The position numbers and the translations under genes were made by a program. 45,664 bases of DNA from Macrostomum lignano (lineage: Eukaryota), in assembly GCA_002269645.1 (NCBI GenBank), contig NIVC01004446.1, positions 1-45,664 of the forward strand. The letters are read 5' to 3'. This document shows, piece after piece, positions 24,701-36,700 of this stretch (the stretch's first letter is position 1; each line of letters starts with the position of its first letter). A model generated the notes under the pieces. The model worked only from the letters and a program-made list of their open reading frames with translations. It had not been told where the DNA came from and did no database searches.

Positions 24701-27700
24701 AAATTCCAGGTTGAGTAGTTGTTGCCGTCGTCGTTGTCGTTGTCGTTGTCCTAGGAGTAGTAGTGGTGCTCGCTGTTGTTGTTGTTGTGCTGGGCGTTGT
24801 TGTTGTCGGCGTAGTTGTAGTTGTGCTCGGTGTCGTGGTAGTTGATGTTGTTGTTGTGCTCGTTGTGCTTCTCGGTGTTGTTGTCAGCTTTGTGAAGCAG
24901 CCTAGCATGCTGACTTGAATCGGGATCCTGTTACCGCCCTCGTTTTTGAAATTAAAAACCAGAGCGATTCGATAAGCTTCCAAGCCCAATCCACCAACAG
25001 AGGCGCACGAGATGAAGTCGAACATGCAGGTGGCTACTTCAGCGCCACCGACAGCCAGTTTGACTGAAGTGAATGGAGACACCGCGTCTGTTGCATACTT
25101 TAGCTCCATTGACGTAATGAATCCTGGACTTGTCGTTGAAATCGATATTAGTCCGATGATCGAGTTACTAAGATCGTCTCCGCTGACGTTGAAATCGAAC
25201 TGAATGCTATCCGTTGCTGTCGACGGTGTTGCCACACGGTTTATATTCAGTCCTGTGCTAGTCGGACGCAGCAGGTCGTACTCAGACGTCGGAATCAGTC
25301 CAACGCCCTGAGTGGAGGCGCTCACCGTGATGTCGCTCACACTTATTATGCTGCTGTCGGCCATGAGATTTGTGTCAAGACAACGAGTGAAGCTTGTAGT
25401 CGACTTGCTCTTCACGCCTTCTGTAGTGGTAGACGTGCTAGATGTCGTCGTTGTCGTTGTCGGCGTAGTCGTGGTCGACGTCGACGTCGTCGGAGTTGTT
25501 GTAGTAGTAGGCGTTGTCGTAGTAGTGGTAGGCGTTGTCGTAGTAGTCGTCGGCGTTGTCGTAGTAGTCGTCGGCGTTGTCGTAGTAGTCGTCGGCGTTG
25601 TTGTTGTTGTGGTAGGCGTTGTCGTAGTAGTCGTAGGCGTTGTTGTTGTTGTGGTGGCGGTTTGTGTCGTCTTTTGTGGGAAGCAGCCATATATTCCGAT
25701 CTGTATGTCAACAGAATTCCGATCGGTCACTGAATTGTAGAAAATCTCAAATCGCATCACCGTCGAGTTGATGGTCGAAGGCGTCGGCGGGATGCAGGCA
25801 AGCAGATTTGACTTGCACGCGGTGAGGTTCGCGCCAGAGAAGAAGTAAGTGTCCCAGGTGACTTGCGTGTACGTCTGCTTATTGTACAACCGCACAGCCT
25901 GAATGTCAGGAGTGTTGAAAGCGAGCTGGATCCGACCGACAATGGTGGCTTCTGGACTGCCTGCAGACGTTTCAATTTCAATCAGGATGTTCTCGTTCGG
26001 ATTCGCAAACGACGAAGGCGTCGGTCTGTTTAGGTTGAATGGAACAGGCGAAGACAGACGCAAGTAGTTCAACTCAGAGGTGGCGTAACCGCCAAGCTGG
26101 GTTCCGTTGAGGATGCGCATTGCTGATAACGGAATCACGGTCTCGTCAGCCAGACCATCAAAATCGATGCAAATTCCAGGTTGAGTAGTTGTTGCCGTCG
26201 TCGTTGTCGTTGTCGTTGTCCTAGGAGTAGTAGTGGTGCTCGCTGTTGTTGTTGTTGTGCTGGGCGTTGTTGTTGTCGGCGTAGTTGTAGTTGTGCTCGG
26301 TGTCGTGGTAGTTGATGTTGTTGTTGTGCTCGTTGTGCTTCTCGGTGTTGTTGTCAGCTTTGTGAAGCAGCCTAGCATGCTGACTTGAATCGGGATCCTG
26401 TTACCGCCCTCGTTTTTGAAATTAAAAACCAGAGCGATTCGATAAGCTTCCAAGCCCAATCCACCAACAGAGGCGCACGAGATGAAGTCGAACATGCAGG
26501 TGGCTACTTCAGCGCCACCGACAGCCAGTTTGACTGAAGTGAATGGAGACACCGCGTCTGTTGCATACTTTAGCTCCATTGACGTAATGAATCCTGGACT
26601 TGTCGTTGAAATCGATATTAGTCCGATGATCGAGTTACTAAGATCGTCTCCGCTGACGTTGAAATCGAACTGAATGCTATCCGTTGCTGTCGACGGTGTT
26701 GCCACACGGTTTATATTCAGTCCTGTGCTAGTCGGACGCAGCAGGTCGTACTCAGACGTCGGAATCAGTCCAACGCCCTGAGTGGAGGCGCTCACCGTGA
26801 TGTCGCTCACACTTATTATGCTGCTGTCGGCCATGAGATTTGTGTCAAGACAACGAGTGAAGCTTGTAGTCGACTTGCTCTTCACGCCTTCTGTAGTGGT
26901 AGACGTGCTAGATGTCGTCGTTGTCGTTGTCGGCGTAGTCGTGGTCGACGTCGACGTCGTCGGAGTTGTTGTAGTAGTAGGCGTTGTCGTAGTAGTGGTA
27001 GGCGTTGTCGTAGTAGTCGTCGGCGTTGTCGTAGTAGTCGTCGGCGTTGTCGTAGTAGTCGTCGGCGTTGTTGTTGTTGTGGTAGGCGTTGTCGTAGTAG
27101 TCGTAGGCGTTGTTGTTGTTGTGGTGGCGGTTTGTGTCGTCTTTTGTGGGAAGCAGCCATATATTCCGATCTGTATGTCAACAGAATTCCGATCGGTCAC
27201 TGAATTGTAGAAAATCTCAAATCGCATCACCGTCGAGTTGATGGTCGAAGGCGTCGGCGGGATGCAGGCAAGCAGATTTGACTTGCACGCGGTGAGGTTC
27301 GCGCCAGAGAAGAAGTAAGTGTCCCAGGTGACTTGCGTGTACGTCTGCTTATTGTACAACCGCACAGCCTGAATGTCAGGAGTGTTGAAAGCGAGCTGGA
27401 TCCGACCGACAATGGTGGCTTCTGGACTGCCTGCAGACGTTTCAATTTCAATCAGGATGTTCTCGTTCGGATTCGCAAACGACGAAGGCGTCGGTCTGTT
27501 TAGGTTGAATGGAACAGGCGAAGACAGACGCAAGTAGTTCAACTCAGAGGTGGCGTAACCGCCAAGCTGGGTTCCGTTGAGGATGCGCATTGCTGATAAC
27601 GGAATCACGGTCTCGTCAGCCAGACCATCAAAATCGATGCAAATTCCAGGTTGAGTAGTTGTTGCCGTCGTCGTTGTCGTTGTCGTTGTCCTAGGAGTAG

Positions 27701-30700
27701 TAGTGGTGCTCGCTGTTGTTGTTGTTGTGCTGGGCGTTGTTGTTGTCGGCGTAGTTGTAGTTGTGCTCGGTGTCGTGGTAGTTGATGTTGTTGTTGTGCT
27801 CGTTGTGCTTCTCGGTGTTGTTGTCAGCTTTGTGAAGCAGCCTAGCATGCTGACTTGAATCGGGATCCTGTTACCGCCCTCGTTTTTGAAATTAAAAACC
27901 AGAGCGATTCGATAAGCTTCCAAGCCCAATCCACCAACAGAGGCGCACGAGATGAAGTCGAACATGCAGGTGGCTACTTCAGCGCCACCGACAGCCAGTT
28001 TGACTGAAGTGAATGGAGACACCGCGTCTGTTGCATACTTTAGCTCCATTGACGTAATGAATCCTGGACTTGTCGTTGAAATCGATATTAGTCCGATGAT
28101 CGAGTTACTAAGATCGTCTCCGCTGACGTTGAAATCGAACTGAATGCTATCCGTTGCTGTCGACGGTGTTGCCACACGGTTTATATTCAGTCCTGTGCTA
28201 GTCGGACGCAGCAGGTCGTACTCAGACGTCGGAATCAGTCCAACGCCCTGAGTGGAGGCGCTCACCGTGATGTCGCTCACACTTATTATGCTGCTGTCGG
28301 CCATGAGATTTGTGTCAAGACAACGAGTGAAGCTTGTAGTCGACTTGCTCTTCACGCCTTCTGTAGTGGTAGACGTGCTAGATGTCGTCGTTGTCGTTGT
28401 CGGCGTAGTCGTGGTCGACGTCGACGTCGTCGGAGTTGTTGTAGTAGTAGGCGTTGTCGTAGTAGTGGTAGGCGTTGTCGTAGTAGTCGTCGGCGTTGTC
28501 GTAGTAGTCGTCGGCGTTGTCGTAGTAGTCGTCGGCGTTGTTGTTGTTGTGGTAGGCGTTGTCGTAGTAGTCGTAGGCGTTGTTGTTGTTGTGGTGGCGG
28601 TTTGTGTCGTCTTTTGTGGGAAGCAGCCATATATTCCGATCTGTATGTCAACAGAATTCCGATCGGTCACTGAATTGTAGAAAATCTCAAATCGCATCAC
28701 CGTCGAGTTGATGGTCGAAGGCGTCGGCGGGATGCAGGCAAGCAGATTTGACTTGCACGCGGTGAGGTTCGCGCCAGAGAAGAAGTAAGTGTCCCAGGTG
28801 ACTTGCGTGTACGTCTGCTTATTGTACAACCGCACAGCCTGAATGTCAGGAGTGTTGAAAGCGAGCTGGATCCGACCGACAATGGTGGCTTCTGGACTGC
28901 CTGCAGACGTTTCAATTTCAATCAGGATGTTCTCGTTCGGATTCGCAAACGACGAAGGCGTCGGTCTGTTTAGGTTGAATGGAACAGGCGAAGACAGACG
29001 CAAGTAGTTCAACTCAGAGGTGGCGTAACCGCCAAGCTGGGTTCCGTTGAGGATGCGCATTGCTGATAACGGAATCACGGTCTCGTCAGCCAGACCATCA
29101 AAATCGATGCAAATTCCAGGTTGAGTAGTTGTTGCCGTCGTCGTTGTCGTTGTCGTTGTCCTAGGAGTAGTAGTGGTGCTCGCTGTTGTTGTTGTTGTGC
29201 TGGGCGTTGTTGTTGTCGGCGTAGTTGTAGTTGTGCTCGGTGTCGTGGTAGTTGATGTTGTTGTTGTGCTCGTTGTGCTTCTCGGTGTTGTTGTCAGCTT
29301 TGTGAAGCAGCCTAGCATGCTGACTTGAATCGGGATCCTGTTACCGCCCTCGTTTTTGAAATTAAAAACCAGAGCGATTCGATAAGCTTCCAAGCCCAAT
29401 CCACCAACAGAGGCGCACGAGATGAAGTCGAACATGCAGGTGGCTACTTCAGCGCACCGACAGCCAGTTTGACTGAAGTGAATGGAGACACCGCGTCTGT
29501 TGCATACTTTAGCTCCATTGACGTAATGAATCCTGGACTTGTCGTTGAAATCGATATTAGTCCGATGATCGAGTTACTAAGATCGTCTCCGCTGACGTTG
29601 AAATCGAACTGAATGCTATCCGTTGCTGTCGACGGTGTTGCCACACGGTTTATATTCAGTCCTGTGCTAGTCGGACGCAGCAGGTCGTACTCAGACGTCG
29701 GAATCAGTCCAACGCCCTGAGTGGAGGCGCTCACCGTGATGTCGCTCACACTTATTATGCTGCTGTCGGCCATGAGATTTGTGTCAAGACAACGAGTGAA
29801 GCTTGTAGTCGACTTGCTCTTCACGCCTTCTGTAGTGGTAGACGTGCTAGATGTCGTCGTTGTCGTTGTCGGCGTAGTCGTGGTCGACGTCGACGTCGTC
29901 GGAGTTGTTGTAGTAGTAGGCGTTGTCGTAGTAGTGGTAGGCGTTGTCGTAGTAGTCGTCGGCGTTGTCGTAGTAGTCGTCGGCGTTGTCGTAGTAGTCG
30001 TCGGCGTTGTTGTTGTTGTGGTAGGCGTTGTCGTAGTAGTCGTAGGCGTTGTTGTTGTTGTGGTGGCGGTTTGTGTCGTCTTTTGTGGGAAGCAGCCATA
30101 TATTCCGATCTGTATGTCAACAGAATTCCGATCGGTCACTGAATTGTAGAAAATCTCAAATCGCATCACCGTCGAGTTGATGGTCGAAGGCGTCGGCGGG
30201 ATGCAGGCAAGCAGATTTGACTTGCACGCGGTGAGGTTCGCGCCAGAGAAGAAGTAAGTGTCCCAGGTGACTTGCGTGTACGTCTGCTTATTGTACAACC
30301 GCACAGCCTGAATGTCAGGAGTGTTGAAAGCGAGCTGGATCCGACCGACAATGGTGGCTTCTGGACTGCCTGCAGACGTTTCAATTTCAATCAGGATGTT
30401 CTCGTTCGGATTCGCAAACGACGAAGGCGTCGGTCTGTTTAGGTTGAATGGAACAGGCGAAGACAGACGCAAGTAGTTCAACTCAGAGGTGGCGTAACCG
30501 CCAAGCTGGGTTCCGTTGAGGATGCGCATTGCTGATAACGGAATCACGGTCTCGTCAGCCAGACCATCAAAATCGATGCAAATTCCAGGTTGAGTAGTTG
30601 TTGCCGTCGTCGTTGTCGTTGTCGTTGTCCTAGGAGTAGTAGTGGTGCTCGCTGTTGTTGTTGTTGTGCTGGGCGTTGTTGTTGTCGGCGTAGTTGTAGT

Positions 30701-33700
30701 TGTGCTCGGTGTCGTGGTAGTTGATGTTGTTGTTGTGCTCGTTGTGCTTCTCGGTGTTGTTGTCAGCTTTGTGAAGCAGCCTAGCATGCTGACTTGAATC
30801 GGGATCCTGTTACCGCCCTCGTTTTTGAAATTAAAAACCAGAGCGATTCGATAAGCTTCCAAGCCCAATCCACCAACAGAGGCGCACGAGATGAAGTCGA
30901 ACATGCAGGTGGCTACTTCAGCGCACCGACAGCCAGTTTGACTGAAGTGAATGGAGACACCGCGTCTGTTGCATACTTTAGCTCCATTGACGTAATGAAT
31001 CCTGGACTTGTCGTTGAAATCGATATTAGTCCGATGATCGAGTTACTAAGATCGTCTCCGCTGACGTTGAAATCGAACTGAATGCTATCCGTTGCTGTCG
31101 ACGGTGTTGCCACACGGTTTATATTCAGTCCTGTGCTAGTCGGACGCAGCAGGTCGTACTCAGACGTCGGAATCAGTCCAACGCCCTGAGTGGAGGCGCT
31201 CACCGTGATGTCGCTCACACTTATTATGCTGCTGTCGGCCATGAGATTTGTGTCAAGACAACGAGTGAAGCTTGTAGTCGACTTGCTCTTCACGCCTTCT
31301 GTAGTGGTAGACGTGCTAGATGTCGTCGTTGTCGTTGTCGGCGTAGTCGTGGTCGACGTCGACGTCGTCGGAGTTGTTGTAGTAGTAGGCGTTGTCGTAG
31401 TAGTGGTAGGCGTTGTCGTAGTAGTCGTCGGCGTTGTCGTAGTAGTCGTCGGCGTTGTCGTAGTAGTCGTCGGCGTTGTTGTTGTTGTGGTAGGCGTTGT
31501 CGTAGTAGTCGTAGGCGTTGTTGTTGTTGTGGTGGCGGTTTGTGTCGTCTTTTGTGGGAAGCAGCCATATATTCCGATCTGTATGTCAACAGAATTCCGA
31601 TCGGTCACTGAATTGTAGAAAATCTCAAATCGCATCACCGTCGAGTTGATGGTCGAAGGCGTCGGCGGGATGCAGGCAAGCAGATTTGACTTGCACGCGG
31701 TGAGGTTCGCGCCAGAGAAGAAGTAAGTGTCCCAGGTGACTTGCGTGTACGTCTGCTTATTGTACAACCGCACAGCCTGAATGTCAGGAGTGTTGAAAGC
31801 GAGCTGGATCCGACCGACAATGGTGGCTTCTGGACTGCCTGCAGACGTTTCAATTTCAATCAGGATGTTCTCGTTCGGATTCGCAAACGACGAAGGCGTC
31901 GGTCTGTTTAGGTTGAATGGAACAGGCGAAGACAGACGCAAGTAGTTCAACTCAGAGGTGGCGTAACCGCCAAGCTGGGTTCCGTTGAGGATGCGCATTG
32001 CTGATAACGGAATCACGGTCTCGTCAGCCAGACCATCAAAATCATGCAAATTCCAGGTTGAGTAGTTGTTGCCGTCGTCGTTGTCGTTGTCGTTGTCCTA
32101 GGAGTAGTAGTGGTGCTCGCTGTTGTTGTTGTTGTGCTGGGCGTTGTTGTTGTCGGCGTAGTTGTAGTTGTGCTCGGTGTCGTGGTAGTTGATGTTGTTG
32201 TTGTGCTCGTTGTGCTTCTCGGTGTTGTTGTCAGCTTTGTGAAGCAGCCTAGCATGCTGACTTGAATCGGGATCCTGTTACCGCCCTCGTTTTTGAAATT
32301 AAAAACCAGAGCGATTCGATAAGCTTCCAAGCCCAATCCACCAACAGAGGCGCACGAGATGAAGTCGAACATGCAGGTGGCTACTTCAGCGCACCGACAG
32401 CCAGTTTGACTGAAGTGAATGGAGACACCGCGTCTGTTGCATACTTTAGCTCCATTGACGTAATGAATCCTGGACTTGTCGTTGAAATCGATATTAGTCC
32501 GATGATCGAGTTACTAAGATCGTCTCCGCTGACGTTGAAATCGAACTGAATGCTATCCGTTGCTGTCGACGGTGTTGCCACACGGTTTATATTCAGTCCT
32601 GTGCTAGTCGGACGCAGCAGGTCGTACTCGACGTCGGAATCAGTCCAACGCCCTGAGTGGAGGCGCTCACCGTGATGTCGCTCACACTTATTATGCTGCT
32701 GTCGGCCATGAGATTTGTGTCAAGACAACGAGTGAAGCTTGTAGTCGACTTGCTCTTCACGCCTTCTGTAGTGGTAGACGTGCTAGATGTCGTCGTTGTC
32801 GTTGTCGGCGTAGTCGTGGTCGACGTCGACGTCGTCGGAGTTGTTGTAGTAGTAGGCGTTGTCGTAGTAGTGGTAGGCGTTGTCGTAGTAGTCGTCGGCG
32901 TTGTCGTAGTAGTCGTCGGCGTTGTCGTAGTAGTCGTCGGCGTTGTTGTTGTTGTGGTAGGCGTTGTCGTAGTAGTCGTAGGCGTTGTTGTTGTTGTGGT
33001 GGTGGTTTGTGTCGTCTTTTGTGGGAAGCAGCCATATATTCCGATCTGTATGTCAACAGAATTCCGATCGGTCACTGAATTGTAGAAAATCTCAAATCGC
33101 ATCACCGTCGAGTTGATGGTCGAAGGCGTCGGCGGGATGCAGGCAAGCAGATTTGACTTGCACGCGGTGAGGTTCGCGCCAGAGAAGAAGTAAGTGTCCC
33201 AGGTGACTTGCGTGTACGTCTGCTTATTGTACAACCGCACAGCCTGAATGTCAGGAGTGTTGAAAGCGAGCTGGATCCGACCGACAATGGTGGCTTCTGG
33301 ACTGCCTGCAGACGTTTCAATTTCAATCAGGATGTTCTCGTTCGGATTCGCAAACGACGAAGGCGTCGGTCTGTTTAGGTTGAATGGAACAGGCGAAGAC
33401 AGACGCAAGTAGTTCAACTCAGAGGTGGCGTAACCGCCAAGCTGGGTTCCGTTGAGGATGCGCATTGCTGATAACGGAATCACGGTCTCGTCAGCCAGAC
33501 CATCAAAATCGATGCAAATTCCAGGTTGAGTAGTTGTTGCCGTCGTCGTTGTCGTTGTCGTTGTCCTAGGAGTAGTAGTGGTGCTCGCTGTTGTTGTTGT
33601 TGTGCTGGGCGTTGTTGTTGTCGGCGTAGTTGTAGTTGTGCTCGGTGTCGTGGTAGTTGATGTTGTTGTTGTGCTCGTTGTGCTTCTCGGTGTTGTTGTC

Positions 33701-36700
33701 AGCTTTGTGAAGCAGCCTAGCATGCTGACTTGAATCGGGATCCTGTTACCGCCCTCGTTTTTGAAATTAAAAACCAGAGCGATTCGATAAGCTTCCAAGC
33801 CCAATCCACCAACAGAGGCGCACGAGATGAAGTCGAACATGCAGGTGGCTACTTCAGCGCACCGACAGCCAGTTTGACTGAAGTGAATGGAGACACCGCG
33901 TCTGTTGCATACTTTAGCTCCATTGACGTAATGAATCCTGGACTTGTCGTTGAAATCGATATTAGTCCGATGATCGAGTTACTAAGATCGTCTCCGCTGA
34001 CGTTGAAATCGAACTGAATGCTATCCGTTGCTGTCGACGGTGTTGCCACACGGTTTATATTCAGTCCTGTGCTAGTCGGACGCAGCAGGTCGTACTCAGA
34101 CGTCGGAATCAGTCCAACGCCCTGAGTGGAGGCGCTCACCGTGATGTCGCTCACACTTATTATGCTGCTGTCGGCCATGAGATTTGTGTCAAGACAACGA
34201 GTGAAGCTTGTAGTCGACTTGCTCTTCACGCCTTCTGTAGTGGTAGACGTGCTAGATGTCGTCGTTGTCGTTGTCGGCGTAGTCGTGGTCGACGTCGACG
34301 TCGTCGGAGTTGTTGTAGTAGTAGGCGTTGTCGTAGTAGTGGTAGGCGTTGTCGTAGTAGTCGTCGGCGTTGTCGTAGTAGTCGTCGGCGTTGTCGTAGT
34401 AGTCGTCGGCGTTGTCGTAGTAGTCGTCGGCGTTGTTGTTGTTGTGGTAGGCGTTGTCGTAGTAGTCGTAGGCGTTGTTGTTGTTGTGGTGGCGGTTTGT
34501 GTCGTCTTTTGTGGGAAGCAGCCATATATTCCGATCTGTATGTCAACAGAATTCCGATCGGTCACTGAATTGTAGAAAATCTCAAATCGCATCACCGTCG
34601 AGTTGATGGTCGAAGGCGTCGGCGGGATGCAGGCAAGCAGATTTGACTTGCACGCGGTGAGGTTCGCGCCAGAGAAGAAGTAAGTGTCCCAGGTGACTTG
34701 CGTGTACGTCTGCTTATTGTACAACCGCACAGCCTGAATGTCAGGAGTGTTGAAAGCGAGCTGGATCCGACCGACAATGGTGGCTTCTGGACTGCCTGCA
34801 GACGTTTCAATTTCAATCAGGATGTTCTCGTTCGGATTGGCAAACGACGAAGGCGTCGGTCTGTTTAGGTTGAATGGAACAGGCGAAGACAGACGCAAGT
34901 AGTTCAACTCAGAGGTGGCGTAACCGCCAAGCTGGGTTCCGTTGAGGATGCGCATTGCTGATAACGGAATCACGGTCTCGTCAGCCAGACCATCAAAATC
35001 ATGCAAATTCCAGGTTGAGTAGTTGTTGCCGTCGTCGTTGTCGTTGTCGTTGTCCTAGGAGTAGTAGTGGTGCTCGCTGTTGTTGTTGTTGTGCTGGGCG
35101 TTGTTGTTGTCGGCGTAGTTGTAGTTGTGCTCGGTGTCGTGGTAGTTGATGTTGTTGTTGTGCTCGTTGTGCTTCTCGGTGTTGTTGTCAGCTTTGTGAA
35201 GCAGCCTAGCATGCTGACTTGAATCGGGATCCTGTTACCGCCCTCGTTTTTGAAATTAAAAACCAGAGCGATTCGATAAGCTTCCAAGCCCAATCCACCA
35301 ACAGAGGCGCACGAGATGAAGTCGAACATGCAGGTGGCTACTTCAGCGCACCGACAGCCAGTTTGACTGAAGTGAATGGAGACACCGCGTCTGTTGCATA
35401 CTTTAGCTCCATTGACGTAATGAATCCTGGACTTGTCGTTGAAATCGATATTAGTCCGATGATCGAGTTACTAAGATCGTCTCCGCTGACGTTGAAATCG
35501 AACTGAATGCTATCCGTTGCTGTCGACGGTGTTGCCACACGGTTTATATTCAGTCCTGTGCTAGTCGGACGCAGCAGGTCGTACTCAGACGTCGGAATCA
35601 GTCCAACGCCCTGAGTGGAGGCGCTCACCGTGATGTCGCTCACACTTATTATGCTGCTGTCGGCCATGAGATTTGTGTCAAGACAACGAGTGAAGCTTGT
35701 AGTCGACTTGCTCTTCACGCCTTCTGTAGTGGTAGACGTGCTAGATGTCGTCGTTGTCGTTGTCGGCGTAGTCGTGGTCGACGTCGACGTCGTCGGAGTT
35801 GTTGTAGTAGTAGGCGTTGTCGTAGTAGTGGTAGGCGTTGTCGTAGTAGTCGTCGGCGTTGTCGTAGTAGTCGTCGGCGTTGTCGTAGTAGTCGTCGGCG
35901 TTGTCGTAGTAGTCGTCGGCGTTGTTGTTGTTGTGGTAGGCGTTGTCGTAGTAGTCGTAGGCGTTGTTGTTGTTGTGGTGGCGGTTTGTGTCGTCTTTTG
36001 TGGGAAGCAGCCATATATTCCGATCTGTATGTCAACAGAATTCCGATCGGTCACTGAATTGTAGAAAATCTCAAATCGCATCACCGTCGAGTTGATGGTC
36101 GAAGGCGTCGGCGGGATGCAGGCAAGCAGATTTGACTTGCACGCGGTGAGGTTCGCGCCAGAGAAGAAGTAAGTGTCCCAGGTGACTTGCGTGTACGTCT
36201 GCTTATTGTACAACCGCACAGCCTGAATGTCAGGAGTGTTGAAAGCGAGCTGGATCCGACCGACAATGGTGGCTTCTGGACTGCCTGCAGACGTTTCAAT
36301 TTCAATCAGGATGTTCTCGTTCGGATTGCAAACGACGAAGGCGTCGGTCTGTTTAGGTTGAATGGAACAGGCGAAGACAGACGCAAGTAGTTCAACTCAG
36401 AGGTGGCGTAACCGCCAAGCTGGGTTCCGTTGAGGATGCGCATTGCTGATAACGGAATCACGGTCTCGTCAGCCAGACCATCAAAATCATGCAAATTCCA
36501 GGTTGAGTAGTTGTTGCCGTCGTCGTTGTCGTTGTCGTTGTCCTAGGAGTAGTAGTGGTGCTCGCTGTTGTTGTTGTTGTGCTGGGCGTTGTTGTTGTCG
36601 GCGTAGTTGTAGTTGTGCTCGGTGTCGTGGTAGTTGATGTTGTTGTTGTGCTCGTTGTGCTTCTCGGTGTTGTTGTCAGCTTTGTGAAGCAGCCTAGCAT

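Noticed and set aside
339-25682. Common origin of the intronic 21-bp satellite and the coding 21-bp PTTTTTT repeat
   Set aside because: They share the period only; the sequences show no similarity.
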